Shown: positions 26,030-38,752 of the stretch, one piece after another | Numbering within the stretch: the stretch's first letter is position 1 | Layout of the letters: each line of letters begins with the position of its first letter | Source: Felis catus | Lineage: Eukaryota | Assembly: GCF_018350175.1 (NCBI RefSeq) | Contig: NC_058382.1 | Location: 15,128,001 to 15,192,000, forward strand | DNA length: 64,000 bases | Direction of reading: 5' to 3' | Notes under the pieces: generated by a model | What the model was told of the DNA's origin: nothing | The model's input: the letters and a program-made list of their open reading frames with translations, nothing else | Databases searched by the model: none | Position numbers and translations under genes: made by a program

Positions 26030-26505
26030 GAGACTGCACTAACGAATCGAAAAAGCAGCCATTAGGCAATGCGGACATGCAGGAGCCTGGCTGTGTTCCC
26101 ATAAAACTTGAGTCATGGGGGCGTCTGGGTGGCTCAGTCAATTGAGACTCAGACTTCAGCTCAGGTCATGATCTCATGGTTCGTGAGTTCAAGTCCCTCA
26201 TCAGGCTCACTGCTGTCAGTGCAGAACCCGCTTCAGATCCTTTGTGTCCCTCTCTCTCTGTCCCTCCCCTGTTCATACTCTCTCTCTCAAAGATAAATAA
26301 AACATTACAAAAAAAAAACAACCCAAAACCTTGAGTTATGGGTACTGAGACTTGAATTCCATATAATTTTTAGTGTTTTAGTGTTTTGAAATATCCTTTC
26401 TTTTATGTTTTCACCTATTTAAAAATGTAAAACCTATTCTTAGCCTGTGAGCCATACTCAATCAGGCAATGGGTGAGTTTGGCCACAGCCATAGTTTGGA
26501 AACCT
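26030..26505 (+). mobile_element. MER58B-like hAT DNA transposon relic, split by a SINE (about 26117-26320)
   Basis: GGCTGTGTTCCCATAAAACTT...GAATTCCATATAATTTT...TTTAAAAATGTAAAACCTATTCTTAGC...CCATAGTTTG resembles the MER58B consensus as recalled. Confidence 0.6.
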
Positions 26506-26991
26506 TCTTTAAGATGACGGCAACTCCACATATGTTTGAATGTAACTCCATGGAAAATTAGAGCCACACCACCTAAGTAGGCCACTCCTGGATCCTAATT
26601 TCAGAAACCGTGCAAGATCATACAAATGTTATGGTGCTGACTTACGGAGTAACAGAAGTCTGCTTCTGTTTCTGTGTCTCCCTCTCTCTCTGCCCCTCAC
26701 CCATTAGCACTCTCTCTCTGCCTTTCAAAAAAAAAAATGAATAAATGTTAAAAAAAAATTTTTTTAATAATAAAAAAAAAGAAAGCAAGATCCAAGTATA
26801 TGCTGTCTATAAAAGACACACTTTTGGGGAGCCTGGGTGGCTCAGTCAGTTGGGCGGCTGACTTCAGCTCAGGTCGTGATCTCTCCGTTTGTGAGTTCAA
26901 GCCCCACATTGGGCTCTGTGCTGACAGTTCAGAGCCTGGAGCCTGCTTCGGATTCTGTGTCTCCCTCTCTCCCTGCTCCTCCCCAGTTGCA

Positions 26992-27033
<42 letters not shown>

Positions 27034-27289
27034 AATAAACAAACATTAAAAATGATTAAAAGAAAAGACACACTTTAGATCTAAGACACCCAGTAAGTTG
27101 AATGTAAATGGATGAGAAAAGATATATCATGCCAAGAGTAACCATGATAGAGTAAGGACAGAATTACTCTCAGACACAATAGATGTAAAAGAAATTGTAC
27201 TAGAGACAAAGAGGGACATTTTGTAGTGATAAAAGGGACAATCCATCAGATACACACACACACACACACACGTACATATATAGTAAATA

Positions 27290-27335
<46 letters not shown>

Positions 27336-30300
27336 CAAGTAAAAATGTATACTAACAAGAGATCCCAAAATGCATGACAAATAGACTATTGAACAGCTAT
27401 TAAGTTGTAGTACTCCTCTTTTAGCAATTGATAGAACAACCAGACAGAAATTAGTAAGGATTGAGAATACATAGACACTATCAATCACTTTACCTAACAG
27501 CTAACACTCCGCTTACCAAAAGCAGGACACACACACACTATTTTCAAGCACGCTTGGAAATTCTCCAGAGTAGACCATAAAATAAGGCCATAAAATAAGT
27601 CGTAATAAATGTATGCAAATTGAAATCATAGAAAGTATGTTCTCTGACCTTAATGGAATTGCGTTGGAAGCCAACCATAAAGAGAAATTTAGGAAATCTC
27701 CAAGTATGTAGAAATTAAACACCCTTCTAGGGGCGCCTGGGTGGCTCAGTTGGTTGAGCGTCCGACTTCAGCTCGAGTCGTGATCTCACAGTTCATGAGT
27801 TTGAGCCCCCACATCAGGCTCTCTGTTGTCAGCACAGAGCCCTATTTGGATCCTCTGTCCCCCTCTCTCTCTGCTCCTCCCTGCTCACTCTCTATCTCAC
27901 AAAAATAATAAACATTAAGTAAAAACACCCTTCCAGATGACCCATGTGTCAAAGAAGAAATCAAGAGCTGGGTCGCCTGGTGGGCTCATTCCATAGAGTG
28001 TGACTCTTGATCTCGAGGTCATGAGTTTGAACCCCATGTTGGGTGTAGACATGACTTAAAAATAAAATCTTAATGGGGCGCCTGGGTGGCTCAAGTCGGT
28101 TGAGTGACTTCGTTCATGGGTCGTTGAGTGATCTTACCGTTCATGGGTTCAAGTCCTGTGTTGGGGTCTGTGCTGACAGCGCGGGGCCTGAAGCCTGCTT
28201 CGGATTCTGTGTCTCCTCTCTCTCTCCCCCTCCCTCACTCTTGCTCTGTCTCTCAAAAATAAATAAATGTTGGGGCGCCTGGGTGGCGCAGTCGGTTAAG
28301 CGTCCAACTTCAGCCAGGTCACGATCTCGCGGTCCGTGGGTTCGAGCCCCGTGTCAGGCTCTGGGCTGATGGCTCAGAGCCTGGAGCCTGTTTCCGATTC
28401 TGTGTCTCCCTCTCTCTCTGCCCCTCCCCCGTTCATGCTGTCTCTCTCTGTCCCCAAAATAAATAAAAAAAGGTTGAAAAAAAAAGTTTAAAAAAAAATA
28501 AATGTTAAAAAATAAAAATAAAAATCTTTAAAAAAAGAAGAAATCAATAGTTAACATTTTTTTGAATCCTTACTATGTGTTAGTCACTGGGCTAACCATT
28601 CTTTCAATCCTTAAAACCACCCACTGAGGCAGAGATTCTTATTTATCTTTTTAAAAGTTTATTTATTTATTAAGATTATTTTATTATTTTTTTATGCCTG
28701 CTTATTTTTGAGAAACAGAGACATAGCATGAGCAGGGGAGGAGCAGAGAGAGGGAGACACAGAATCAGAAGCAGGCTCCAGGCTCTGAGCTGTCAGCACA
28801 GAGCCTGACGCTGGGTTTGAACTCAAGGACTCTGAGATCATGACCTGAGCCGAAGTTGAACACTCAACCAACCGAGCCACCCAGGTGCCCCAAGCCTCCA
28901 ACTCTTGATCTCAGTTCAGGTCAAGATCTCAGGGTTTGGGAGTTCCAGTCCCAGTCCGCCCCCCCACCCCCCCCCCCACCCCGGGGCTCCATGCTGACAG
29001 CCAGGATCCTGCTTGGGATTCTTCCCCTCTCTCTGCTCCTCCCCCACTCGTGCTCTCTCTGTTTCTGTCTCTCTCTGTCTCTCTCAAAATAAATAAATAA
29101 ACTTAAAAAAAATGGAGTAGACCCTTTTCTGTCTGGCATACAGAATTAAACTAATTTTTTTTCCTACCACCCATTCCAGAGTATGTTGACAACATGTTTC
29201 CTGATCACCTTCAAATACTCTATTGTGTATTTTCCACAAACAAGAACATTCTCCTGATTGTCCACTCTAAGGCAAAGGTGAAAATCAAGAAATTAACAGG
29301 GATAGATCACTACCATCTAATCCAGGGACCCCGACCACCTTTTTTTGTTTGTTTGTTTATTTATTTTTGAGAGATAGAGCACGAACCAGGGAGGGCCAGA
29401 CAGAGAGGGAGACACAGAATCGGAAGCAAGCGGGCTGCAAGCTCCAGGCTCTGAGCAGTCAGGACAGAGCTTGAGGGGGGTGGGGAAGAATTGAACTCCC
29501 TGAACTGCGAGATCATGACCTGAGCCCAAGTCAGACACTTAACTACCTGAGCCACTGAGGCACCCCTCGGACCACCTTTGACAGTTATGCCAAAAACTAC
29601 AATTTCTCTCCACTGCTATCTGTGGAAATTTACACCCTACCCATGTGTTAGCTCTAGAAACACTTTTGTTAATTACAACTACTTGACATTGGCAAATAAA
29701 AATGAATGCTAAGTCATTCAACAATGAGCCCTGGGGAACTAGGGGAATTCAGACTTTCTCGGGTCCACCACTGCAAGAGGGGACCCTTCCTTACACCGCC
29801 CACCCAGAGAGACAGTCTCAAGGGCTCGGTATGGGGAGGGTGGTTTCCCCGGAAGGATCTCAGGGGCAGAAATGAGTCCTGAAAAGGCTCAGACCCTACG
29901 CTCTGCTTCCTGTCAGGTCAGGAACGGTCCTCTGCTTGTGAGGACTGCAAAGCCCACAGCGGCCCAGGGAAAGGGAGGTCTGTCACCTCTGGGGCGGGCT
30001 CCAAGCGTGGGATAGCCCGCCTGGGGCGTGGGTGGGGATTGTCCCGGGCTCTGGATCCTAGCCTATCATGGGACGCTGGAGCGCTGCCACCCGGCGGGGC
30101 TCCTTCCCACGGCTGAGGGAGACGGGTCCTGCAGGGTGGCGACTCAGGCCAAGACCAGAAATGCACCGACTGCGGGCGACTCCCTGGTTGTCACTCGGGC
30201 AGGGCCAGGGGCACAGGTAGAAAGAAAGGTGGGAAGGGGGCTCGTGAGCGCGCAGAGACCCAGAGGACTGGTCGCGGTGTCCCCCTGCCTCCCCACCGCG

Positions 30301-31009
30301 CCACCCCCCCCCCCACTCGTCCCCACGCAACTCCTCCGGGAGGTGCCGGTTCAGTGCGCGTCTGCCCCGGGGACACGGGCGGGAGCCTGTCCCCACTCCG
30401 CCACAGCTGGGAGGCCGGCGACGCCCCATCCCCTGCCCCGCCCACCCCGCCCAGACCCGCTCCCCGCACCCCAGGCGGGAGAGCCGGGGCAGAGGTGAGA
30501 CGAGGCGGGTAGCGGCGCGGGAGCCCCCACAGGCCCAGGCACCGTCTCCACCATTTCGGGTCTCAGGGACCAGACGTGCGGGGACTCGTTCGCCCGTTTG
30601 CAGACGCAGCGGCTCGGAGCTCCGATGTTCCGCAGAGGGGGCACCGAGGGGAGCTTGAGCCCGCTCCAAATCCCCATCAGCTGTCCCCACCGCACGACCG
30701 CCGGGCCGGGCCGCCCGGAAAAGCGCCGCTGGACACCAGCCAACGCCCACCCCCACCCGATCGCGACCCTCCGGAGGCGTCCCGGCCACAGACTGCCCTC
30801 CGAGGCCGCGGGGCCCCACTCCCGCCCCCGCCGCGGCATCGCTGTGACCCTTCGTCAGCGTCTTCCCCGCTCTGAACCTGCTCTCCGCGTCCAGACGAAG
30901 GACACCCGGGCACAGACGGGGCGCACACACGCGGACTGAAACTTTATTTGCCCTGCCGCGCCCGGGACCCCGGACCCCCGACCCCCGACCCCGCCGCCCG
31001 CCCGGAGGC

Positions 31010-33156
31010 TCAGAAGATCTTCACCGACTGCAGCTGCAGGTCCCCGCCCACCTCCAGGAGGCGCACGCGCGCCGGCGGGATCCGGTAGCGGAAGTGGTGG
31101 TACTCCGAGTCGCCGACCACCGCCTGCGGGGCGGAGGGGGGCGGGGCGTCAGGGGCCGCGGGGCCCCGAGTCCCCGGGCGCGAGATGGGGCCCCGATGGC
31201 CGTACCTCTTGTCGTGGTCCTCACCTGGGCCACCTGTCTGGCGCGGACGCGCGCTTAAGGCGGTGGCTGTTACGGCCCCGCCGGCGGCGTCCACGGCCTC
31301 CCTCCGGCCGTTCGCACTGAACGTGGGGAAGGGCCTGGGTGCTGGACGCCGCGCAGCGACCACTCCCCGCGGACACGCGCGTCCCGGCCCAGTCGCCCGG
31401 CCATCCTGGCCCCTGCTCCGGGACACCTAGCGCTTCCCGCTAGGGGCCACCCACCCTCTGGGCGCTGGGTCCTTGCCGCCCGGTCCCTGCCCCGGCCACA
31501 CCCCTGCCTTCGGGCACACGTGGGGTTGCGCCAGGGGAAGAAGAAGAGGGACGGACCGAACGTGGGCCCCGCCTTGGCCGGGCCTTTGCTCCCCACCTCC
31601 ACCAAGAGCCTTCCTGGCTTGCCTGGACTGCAGGCGGGGCGGGGGTCTGGGCGCCCGCGCCTGTGGGTGGCAGGGACTCACCTTGAACCCTTCTTCGGTG
31701 GCGATGAGGAGCACGTCGAAGGGCTGCCCATGCTGGAAGGGAATGCCTGAGCCGCGCTCCTCCCGGCCCCAGGTGCCCTGCTCCAGGCTGTTGAAGACCA
31801 CCGTGGACTCGTCCAGCCGCGGGTTGAAATGGAGGGCAGCCTCCCCGCCAGGCCCCTCGCCGCACAGCAGGTTCACATAGAACCTGGTAGTGGGGGCAGG
31901 GAGGAGAGGATAAAGGGCACAGGCCAAGAAGCACCCTACCAAGATCAGGGACCAATGGTCAGGACTCCCCACCGCCAGGCCGTTCCAATTCATAGGCACC
32001 GGAGAACGTCCCACGCCACACGGGGAAGGGTTGTGGGCTGCTGGCCAGGGACCCGCCCTCCAGGGCGTCCAAAAGCTCCAGGGACCCTGGACCCGCATGC
32101 ACCTAGCGAGGGTCACTATGCTACGGCCCCGGGTGCCCCTCATTTCCAGAGCCTCTAACGTTTGCCGTGGAGTCACGATGCCGATGGCCAGGGTGCTCTC
32201 TGTTCCTAGGGCATCCCCCTTGCCAGAGGGCTGGGCACAGCACCACGGGCCCGCACGTGTGCAGGCACCGCAGATTCCCAGCAAGCCTGCCCTTCCCAGA
32301 CCCGGAAGTCCTACGACCGACCGCTTCGGCCTCCCAGGTGCCCAGGGCACCTCCAGGCCGCGGGACTTCTTTCCAGGGTTCCTGGCATTCAGACTGGGAG
32401 CCACAGGACTCTAGATGGGAGCCCTGGGATGGCTGTGGAAGCCCCAGATCCCTAGGGAGACGTAGGGACCCCAGCTACACAGTCACGGGACAAGTAAGTG
32501 AAGACTTCAGATTCCAGAAGGTCAGCGATGGCCCGGGGAGTCTAAGACCCTGTGGGCCAAGGTGGCTCTGGTGCCCTCGTGTCTGGGCTGCAAGAAGTCC
32601 GAGCCAGCTGAGCCTGGACACCTCCCAGCCTTACCTCTGGGGCCTGGGGTCTCACCTGCCGGCCTTTTCCGGGACGACGCCGCGAATCCTCATCACGGTG
32701 CCCACCCGGATGCCCTCGGGCAGCGACGTCTTGTGGGGCACGTTCTGCGGGTTCAGCGGCGGGGAGTCCCAGGGAACCGGGGGCGCGGACGAGAGACACA
32801 CGTGGGTCGGCCCCAGGCAGAAAGCATCCGGGACCCAGATCGGCAGAATCCGTGAGAAGAAAAGGCCCAGAGACCAAGGAGAGAGAGCCAGAGCCAGACC
32901 AAGAGTGGGAGAGCCAACCACGAGGGATCAACGGAGAAAGGGAGACTCCAGAGAGGCAGATGGGAGCGTGGGGATGGGTTGGGTCCACCCGGGAGCCACA
33001 GCCCAGACCCTTGGTAGCACACCCTGGCACCCACTTTGTCCTTCCCGGCGGGACACCTCAGCCAGGCCCAGCCCCTCCCTGAGTCCGGTGCCGCCTTGGG
33101 TCCAAGCCCCCCGGGCCCCGACGCCCCCCGAAGGCACTCACAGAGCTTCCCGCCAT
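31010..33156 (-). CDS. LGALS7B: Galectin-7, LGALS4-proximal copy (syntenic position of human LGALS7B), 4 exons, 139 aa
   Basis: Minus-strand exons 33156-33142 (MAGSS), 32744-32656 (NVPHKTSLPEGIRVGTVMRIRGVVPEKAGR), 31883-31682 (FYVNLLCGE..ALHFNPRLDESTVVFNS..WGREERG..), 31123-31010 (AVVGDSEYHHFRYRIPPARVRLLEVGGDLQLQSVKIF*). PolyA signal (TTTATT on +) at 30943-30948. The B suffix is assigned by synteny only. Confidence 0.95.
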
Positions 33157-35696
33157 GGCTGGGACGCTGGGGCGACAGGCGTGGCGGTGGGTATGGCTGC
33201 TGGGACCTTAAGTAGAAGCAGAAGCAGGGCGTGGCGGCCCCGCTGACTCACCCCCAGCCATTTCCACACCCGCCGCCCACACCTGGCACAGACCCTGGCC
33301 CTGGGGCCACCCAGCGGCCCAGCACCTTCTTGCTGGGCCCGGGACTTCCCTCCACTCACTGAGGGTTCCCAGTCCACCGCCCGCCCCCTCCGTTGAGCTA
33401 AGAATCCTGAAGACAGTTAAGGACGAACCGCCAAGGACAGAGGGCACCCAGGGGGCCACCATCCATCCCGGCCATGTCCCTGCCGCTTGGCACAGGGGAA
33501 AGGGTCTTTGCCCATCTTATCTTGGACATCTGGAGCCCCGAGAGGCCCACCCGGGGCTGGAAGCGGGGGCCCCTCTCTCCCAGGCTGGGACCTGCGCCTT
33601 GGGCTGAGGACGCGTCTACCGAAATTCCAGCTCACGCTCCCTCGCGTGACGGTGACCCCGGCAAGGACAACACTGTGCCCGCGGGGCTCCGGGGGGCAGG
33701 ACGTGTGCCTGATGAGCCGCGTCTCCCGGGGTCTAGAGCAGCGGCTGGTACACGGTCTGGGCTCCTCAAGTGCGCCTGAAAGACGAATAAGGAATGACAC
33801 CAGCGCCTGGTCTGAGGTCCTGGGCGCCTGGCACACACAGGACCTCCCTGAGCGCTCACCGCTAGCCGAGCGAGCGGGGAAGGGGATCACTCGCCCCCAC
33901 TTCACAGACCAGGAAACCGAGGCTCAGACACGGGAGGCCGTTTGCCCGAAGGCGCACGGCCGGGCAATCCCTGGGTGAGTGTCTCTCTGCCCTTCTTCAA
34001 CTCTGGCGGGTTCCGCCTTGTTTCTTCTGTCCCTGGGAATGCCCTGGTGTCTCTCCCTGGCCCTCTGGCTCCGACTCTCCCTCCCTCCCGGGTGGCCCTG
34101 TCTGCTTCTCTTCCTCAACGCCATGTCTCCTTCCTCCTCCCAGAATGGCTCCCGCTCTCCCAGCCAGGTTCGGGTCAGGGGAGGCAGAGGGGGGCCGTCC
34201 TGGGACCCAGCCGCGCCCTGACCCGGGAGCAGCGACGTGGGATCCTCCACTCAGGCCCACAGCCCAAGATGCCATAGTCCAAGATTCCAGAAGAAGAATC
34301 CAGGATGGGAAGGGTGGGGTCAGAGGGAGAATGCTGAAAGAAGGTTCTGGAAGGTAGGGAAGAGGCAGGGTGGGGCAGCCACCTGAGCAGAACCCCCTCC
34401 CAGCAGCCCAGCAGGCCTCCTGTCCACCCCCACCACCCCCTCCCAGCCTCCACTCCTGCCCCCCACCCCCCACCCTCCAGGGGGAAGAGGCCTGGGGCAG
34501 AGACCAGAATGGAAACTCTGGGTGGAGACAACCAGACTCAGAACCTGATCTGCCACCTGACTGCCCCCCAGGCCTCCCAGACTCTCTCCATCCCCACACC
34601 ACGTGAGGCACCCCGGGGGTGGCAGGGGGCGGCGCAGTTTGGGGGCCAGGACCTCAGACAGGGAGGCCGGACAGCTGCGAGGTGGGTGGGGGTGTCTGCA
34701 AGCACCCAGTGTTCAGAGGAGAAGAGGGAGGCAGAGAGTGGGGCACCCTCTCAGCCAAGGTCCCACAGCAGGGAAGCAGCCCGGGGATGGGCGGGGGGGG
34801 GGGAGCGGGGGGGCCGGGGGGGGGGCAGGGCTGGTCACCAGGACTTGCGGTAGAGAGGACATGGGGCCTGAGGCCGGGGCACCCACACCCGGGAGCCGGC
34901 GTCCCGAATCGAACCGTGGGCTCCACCTGTCTCGGATCTCAGGTTCGGGGTGTCCCCCTCGGCCGCCTCGCTCTCCACGTGCTCTTGGGGCCCAACGACT
35001 CGTCCTTCCCCAGATGTCTTCTTTGGGGCTGGATGTGTCTTCACACGCTGCCAACCTGCAAGTCCAAACTCGACCGTGACTTCACCGTGGGCCCAAGTGT
35101 CAGCGGTCGATCTGTTATCAGTTGATGGCGGGCTCGTTTCTCAGAAGCCAGGCACGCGCGCGCACGTGCCGGAGCCCCATTCTCTGGTGTGGATCGTCTC
35201 TGCGTCGGTTCTGGAAAAATGCTTTCAGGAGCACTGTTTCCATTCCCAGTGAGTCGTGACCGTGCCTGTGTCTCAGTCCTCGTGCCTTTTCCCGAGCGAT
35301 GCCTCGCCTTCCGAAGACGCGCAGGTTGTAACAGAATGAGGGTGGGATTCCAGAAACGTCCGGACCTGAGCAACCCCCACCCCCACCGAGTTTCCCCGAG
35401 CCCCAGAGACAGCCAGCCCCCCTCCGCCCGCCCTGCCCGGGACAGCGCTGCCAGTCTGGGCGTCCCGTGGCCACCGTGTCATGTGTCCCGGGAGTGGAGA
35501 GGGGTGGCCAGCAGGCTGAGTCTGCGGACCTTCGCCCTCCTGCAGGGAACAACTCTGGTGACTGAAAAGTCACCCCGTGTACCCACCGTGCTTGTGGGCG
35601 TTGAAACCCCCAGGCCCTCTGCCAGGGTCAGCGTGTTGGGGACTTTGGGCCGGTTTTGTACACGGTGAACATCAGTCCGGGGGCCGCTTTGGTTTT

Positions 35697-35812
35697 GTTT
35701 TGTTTTGTGGAAAGATTTTGGTTTTGAAGTGATCTCCGCGCCCGGCGTGGGGCTGGCACTCCCCACCCAGAGATCCGGGGTCCCAAGCTTCACGGAGCCA
35801 GCCAGGCGCCCC
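35697..35812 (-). mobile_element. Short older-type CanSINE in the left arm (identical inverted copy at 41150-41265)
   Basis: Reverse complement reads GGGGCGCCTGGCTGGCTC...AGCCCCACG...GAGATCACTT..AAAATCTTT with a CAAAGCGGCCCC target-site duplication. Confidence 0.8.
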
Positions 35813-37295
35813 GCGGGGCCGCTTTGCTTTTGTAAGTGAACCTTCCAAGGAGGAGAAAGACACTGCTCAAATCTCTTTCTTAAGCGGTGGATCCACTGGT
35901 AACTGACACTTCTATTTCTGGATAGAATACATTTCCCCAACCCCATCAGGCGGAGGGAAGCATTTTCTGTCCTGCTTGCTTCCATTGATAAACTGAGGTC
36001 GTTAACGTCTCTTACGTATTTTCAGCCGCATGTGGGATTTACCGTGTTTTTTGTTTTGAAGTTTATTTATTTATTTTGAGAGATGGAGAAAGAGAGAGGG
36101 AGGCATGGAGAGAAAGGGGAACACAGCGGATCCCAAGCACTGTCCGTGAGGAGCTGGGTGTGGGGCTGGAACCCATGAACCTTGAGATCGTGACCTGAGC
36201 CGAAATCCAGAGTTGGGTGCTTAACCGACTGAGCCAGCCAGGTGCCCCCCACCATGTATTAAATTTGAAGTGTTTCCCATCGTCCACTCAGTTCTTCCAA
36301 GTAATAAGGGATCGTGGTCCGTTTCCACGCCTGAGGTGGGAGTCCAGTGACCTGTTCTTTCACCTTTCCTTCTTTCCTCCCCTCCCTCCCTTCACCTCCC
36401 CTCCCCTCCCCTCCCTTCCCTTTGCTCTCCTTCCTTGGCTGAGGGATTGGGCCATCAGGTGGGGGGACAGGTGCTGCCTCTGGGTGGGGGGAGGGAAGGG
36501 GCAGGATAGCAGCTGGCCGAGGGGAGGGGACGCTGTTCTGCTGTCATGTCAGACGGAGTGAGTGAGGAGGGCGCTCAGAAGGGCGTGGTCCTCAGGACCT
36601 AGGGTGGGGGTGAGGGGAGAGGGGCAGCTGGACCTTGGGAACCCAGCCCCAGCAGAGGAGTCGGAGGTGTCTGTGCTGGGGAGGAAAGGGTCCCTGCGGG
36701 AGTGACTGCAGGGTGGGTTTCCACCACGGAAGGCGAGTCTCTTCTGTGACATTCAGAGGGAAGAGTTCTAGTGTGGAAAGGGGAAAATGACCATGAACCT
36801 GACTGGCGGTATTTCATGAGAGGTTTTGGAGGGTGGGGGTGTGGGGGGTTTGCGTCTCCTTAAAATCTTTTTTATTATGGTAAAATATAAAAATATGGGT
36901 GACTCAGTCGGTTGAGCGTCAGACACTTGGTTTCTGCTCAGGTCATATCTAGGGTCATGGGATCGAGCCTCGGTGCTGAGCACGGAGCCCGCTTGAGATG
37001 TTCTCTGTCTCTCCCTCTGCCCTCTCCCCTGCTTGTGCGCTCCCTCTAAAGTAAATAAAATAAAATATATACGTGTGGTGTCTAAATGGGTTGTCTCTCG
37101 ATCAGATGGGGGTCCCCAAACGTGGGTGAGGATCACGTGGAAGCCAGTGGCATGGAGGCGAAAGGATTCACCTGAGGCGGAACAAAGGCGACGGAAGTTT
37201 ATTGAACAGGCCCCAAGGGAGCAGGGGTCAGGACAGCAGAGGAGAGGCTGTCTGCAAGGAGGCAGTGGGCAGGGGGCGTATTTAAAGCGAGAAGG

Positions 37296-37514
37296 GGGGT
37301 GCCTGGGTGGCGCAGTCGGTTAAGCGTCCGACTTCAGCCAGGTCACGATCTCGTGGTCCGTGGGTTCGAGCCCCGCGTCAGGCTCTGGGCTGATGGCTCG
37401 GAGCCTGGAGCCTGCTTCCGATTCTGTGTCTCCCTCTCTCTCTGCCCCTCCCCCGTTCATGCTGTGTCTCTCTCTGTCCCAAAAATAAATAAAAACGTTG
37501 AAAAAAAAATAAAT
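37296..37514 (+). mobile_element. Young SINEC_Fc inserted into an LTR-like fragment (about 37090-37560) in the palindrome spacer
   Basis: Perfect TSD AAAGCGAGAAGG at 37284-37295 and 37515-37526. Host sequence has minus-strand AATAAA (TTTATT near 37198) and TATA-like motifs. Confidence 0.85.
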
Positions 37515-38116
37515 AAAGCGAGAAGGTGAGGAGGTGTGGGGACGTGTGAATTTTCCCTTTTTTTAATTAAAAAAATTGTTTTATGTTTATATTTTGAGAG
37601 AGAGAGAGAGAGAGAGAGAACACGCGGGTGCTTGCACATTAGCACGGAGGGGCAGAGAAAGAGGGAGACACAGAATCCCAAGCAGGCTCCAGGCTCTGAG
37701 CTGCCAGCACAGAGCCCTATGCAGGGCTCGAACCCACAAACGAACGGTGAGATCATGACCTGAGCCCAAACCAAGAGTCGGGCGCTGAACCCCCCTCCCG
37801 CCCATGCCGGGCGCCCCACCATGTTAACCATTTTTCCCGTGTCCAGTTCAGTGGCACAAAATACATTCACACTGTCGCGTAGCCGTCCCCACCATCCGTC
37901 TCCAGAACTCTCTTCATCTCGCAAACCTGTAACTGGACCCGCTAAACACTAACTGCCCGGCTCCCCGGCCCCCGCCCCCCACTCCACCCCCCCTCCTACT
38001 TTGTGTCTCTATGAATTTGACCAGGGGCCAGGTAGGAATGCAGCCTTTGCCCGTCTGCGGCTGGTGAGTATTCTACACCCAAAGCGAAAGAAATACGGGT
38101 GTAGAAACGTGTTTGT

Positions 38117-38590
38117 TGAAGGGTGCGAAACGTGCCACCCCCAAATATGCCCTTTTAGCATCAGGATTATTTTGAACTAATAGCCCTTGCGAAACAGCGG
38201 AAGAAGGGCTTTCTACCCTCCCATTTGCTGCCTGAAAACAGGAGATAAAAACTCTCACGTGACAGATACCTACCCTCTGCCAGTTCCTATTCTCCTGAGT
38301 GACATTCTCATCCTAAGTTGAGACCCAGAGAATTCGATGCAAACAGGCCCTGTGAAAGTGATTCCAAGCGTCCCGCGTAACCGCTGGGTTACTTCTCCAC
38401 AGTTGCCTCTGTCCTTCAACTTAATATAAAAGCACGTGCGCTCAGCCATCCCCTCGAGGCTTCATTTCCTGCTGAGGGCTCTAGGGTGACGTAAAACTTA
38501 GGTAACCTGTCCGCCTGATACGTCAGTTCAAGTCTCGGGCCCAGCCGGAACACCCCTTGGAGGGCAGAGGTCCCGTGTTGCCTCCCCTCC
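38117..38590 (+). mobile_element. MER34-like ERV1 solo LTR
   Basis: TGAAGG...TGCCACCCCCAAATATGCC...GGATTATTTTGAACT 5' end as recalled for MER34; TATAAAA; 3' end GCCTCCCCT. Confidence 0.65.
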
Positions 38591-38752
38591 GATGGATAGA
38601 TGCGTGTCTGCGTTCATACATCCCCTACCTTGTCCCCCTGACAAGGCCTGGGAGCGGAGCCCGTGCCCAGATCTTGGTTCCTAAGGACTGCACCTTTCTC
38701 TGCGAAAGAAATGTGTAGAAAAGGCTGTCTCCAAGGCTCAAATGGGAAGGCA

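Larger units (their letters stand above)
24345..27965 (+). mobile_element. Old degenerate L1 (L1M-type) ORF1 to ORF2-endonuclease relic, interrupted by many SINEs, a MER58 and microsatellites
   Basis: CACACCTAGACCCATTATTGTCAAACTGCTG...GAAAGCAG (ORF1 RHIIVKL-like); AAGAGGGACATTTTGTAGTGATAAAAGGGACAATCCATCA and TTCTCTGACCTTAATGGAATT (endonuclease FSDHN-like); many stops and frameshifts. Confidence 0.8.
30530..36040. repeat. Left arm (near-identical core) of the inverted segmental duplication
   Basis: Reverse complement of about 40920-46430. The ORF track mirrors itself (e.g. 31427..32404- equals 44559..45536+, coordinate sums 76961-76963). About a dozen differences seen by eye. Confidence 0.97.

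Noticed and set aside
30058-30930. 290-aa ORF downstream of galectin-7 (244-aa mirror at 46031-46765)
   Set aside because: GC-rich non-coding flank; the frame is not preserved between the arms where they diverge.
31427-33246. Long ORFs of 325 aa and 359 aa (and mirror copies 44559-45536, 43717-44796) as novel proteins
   Set aside because: They are stop-poor by-products of very GC-rich galectin-7 introns; only the embedded exon 3 is a real coding segment.
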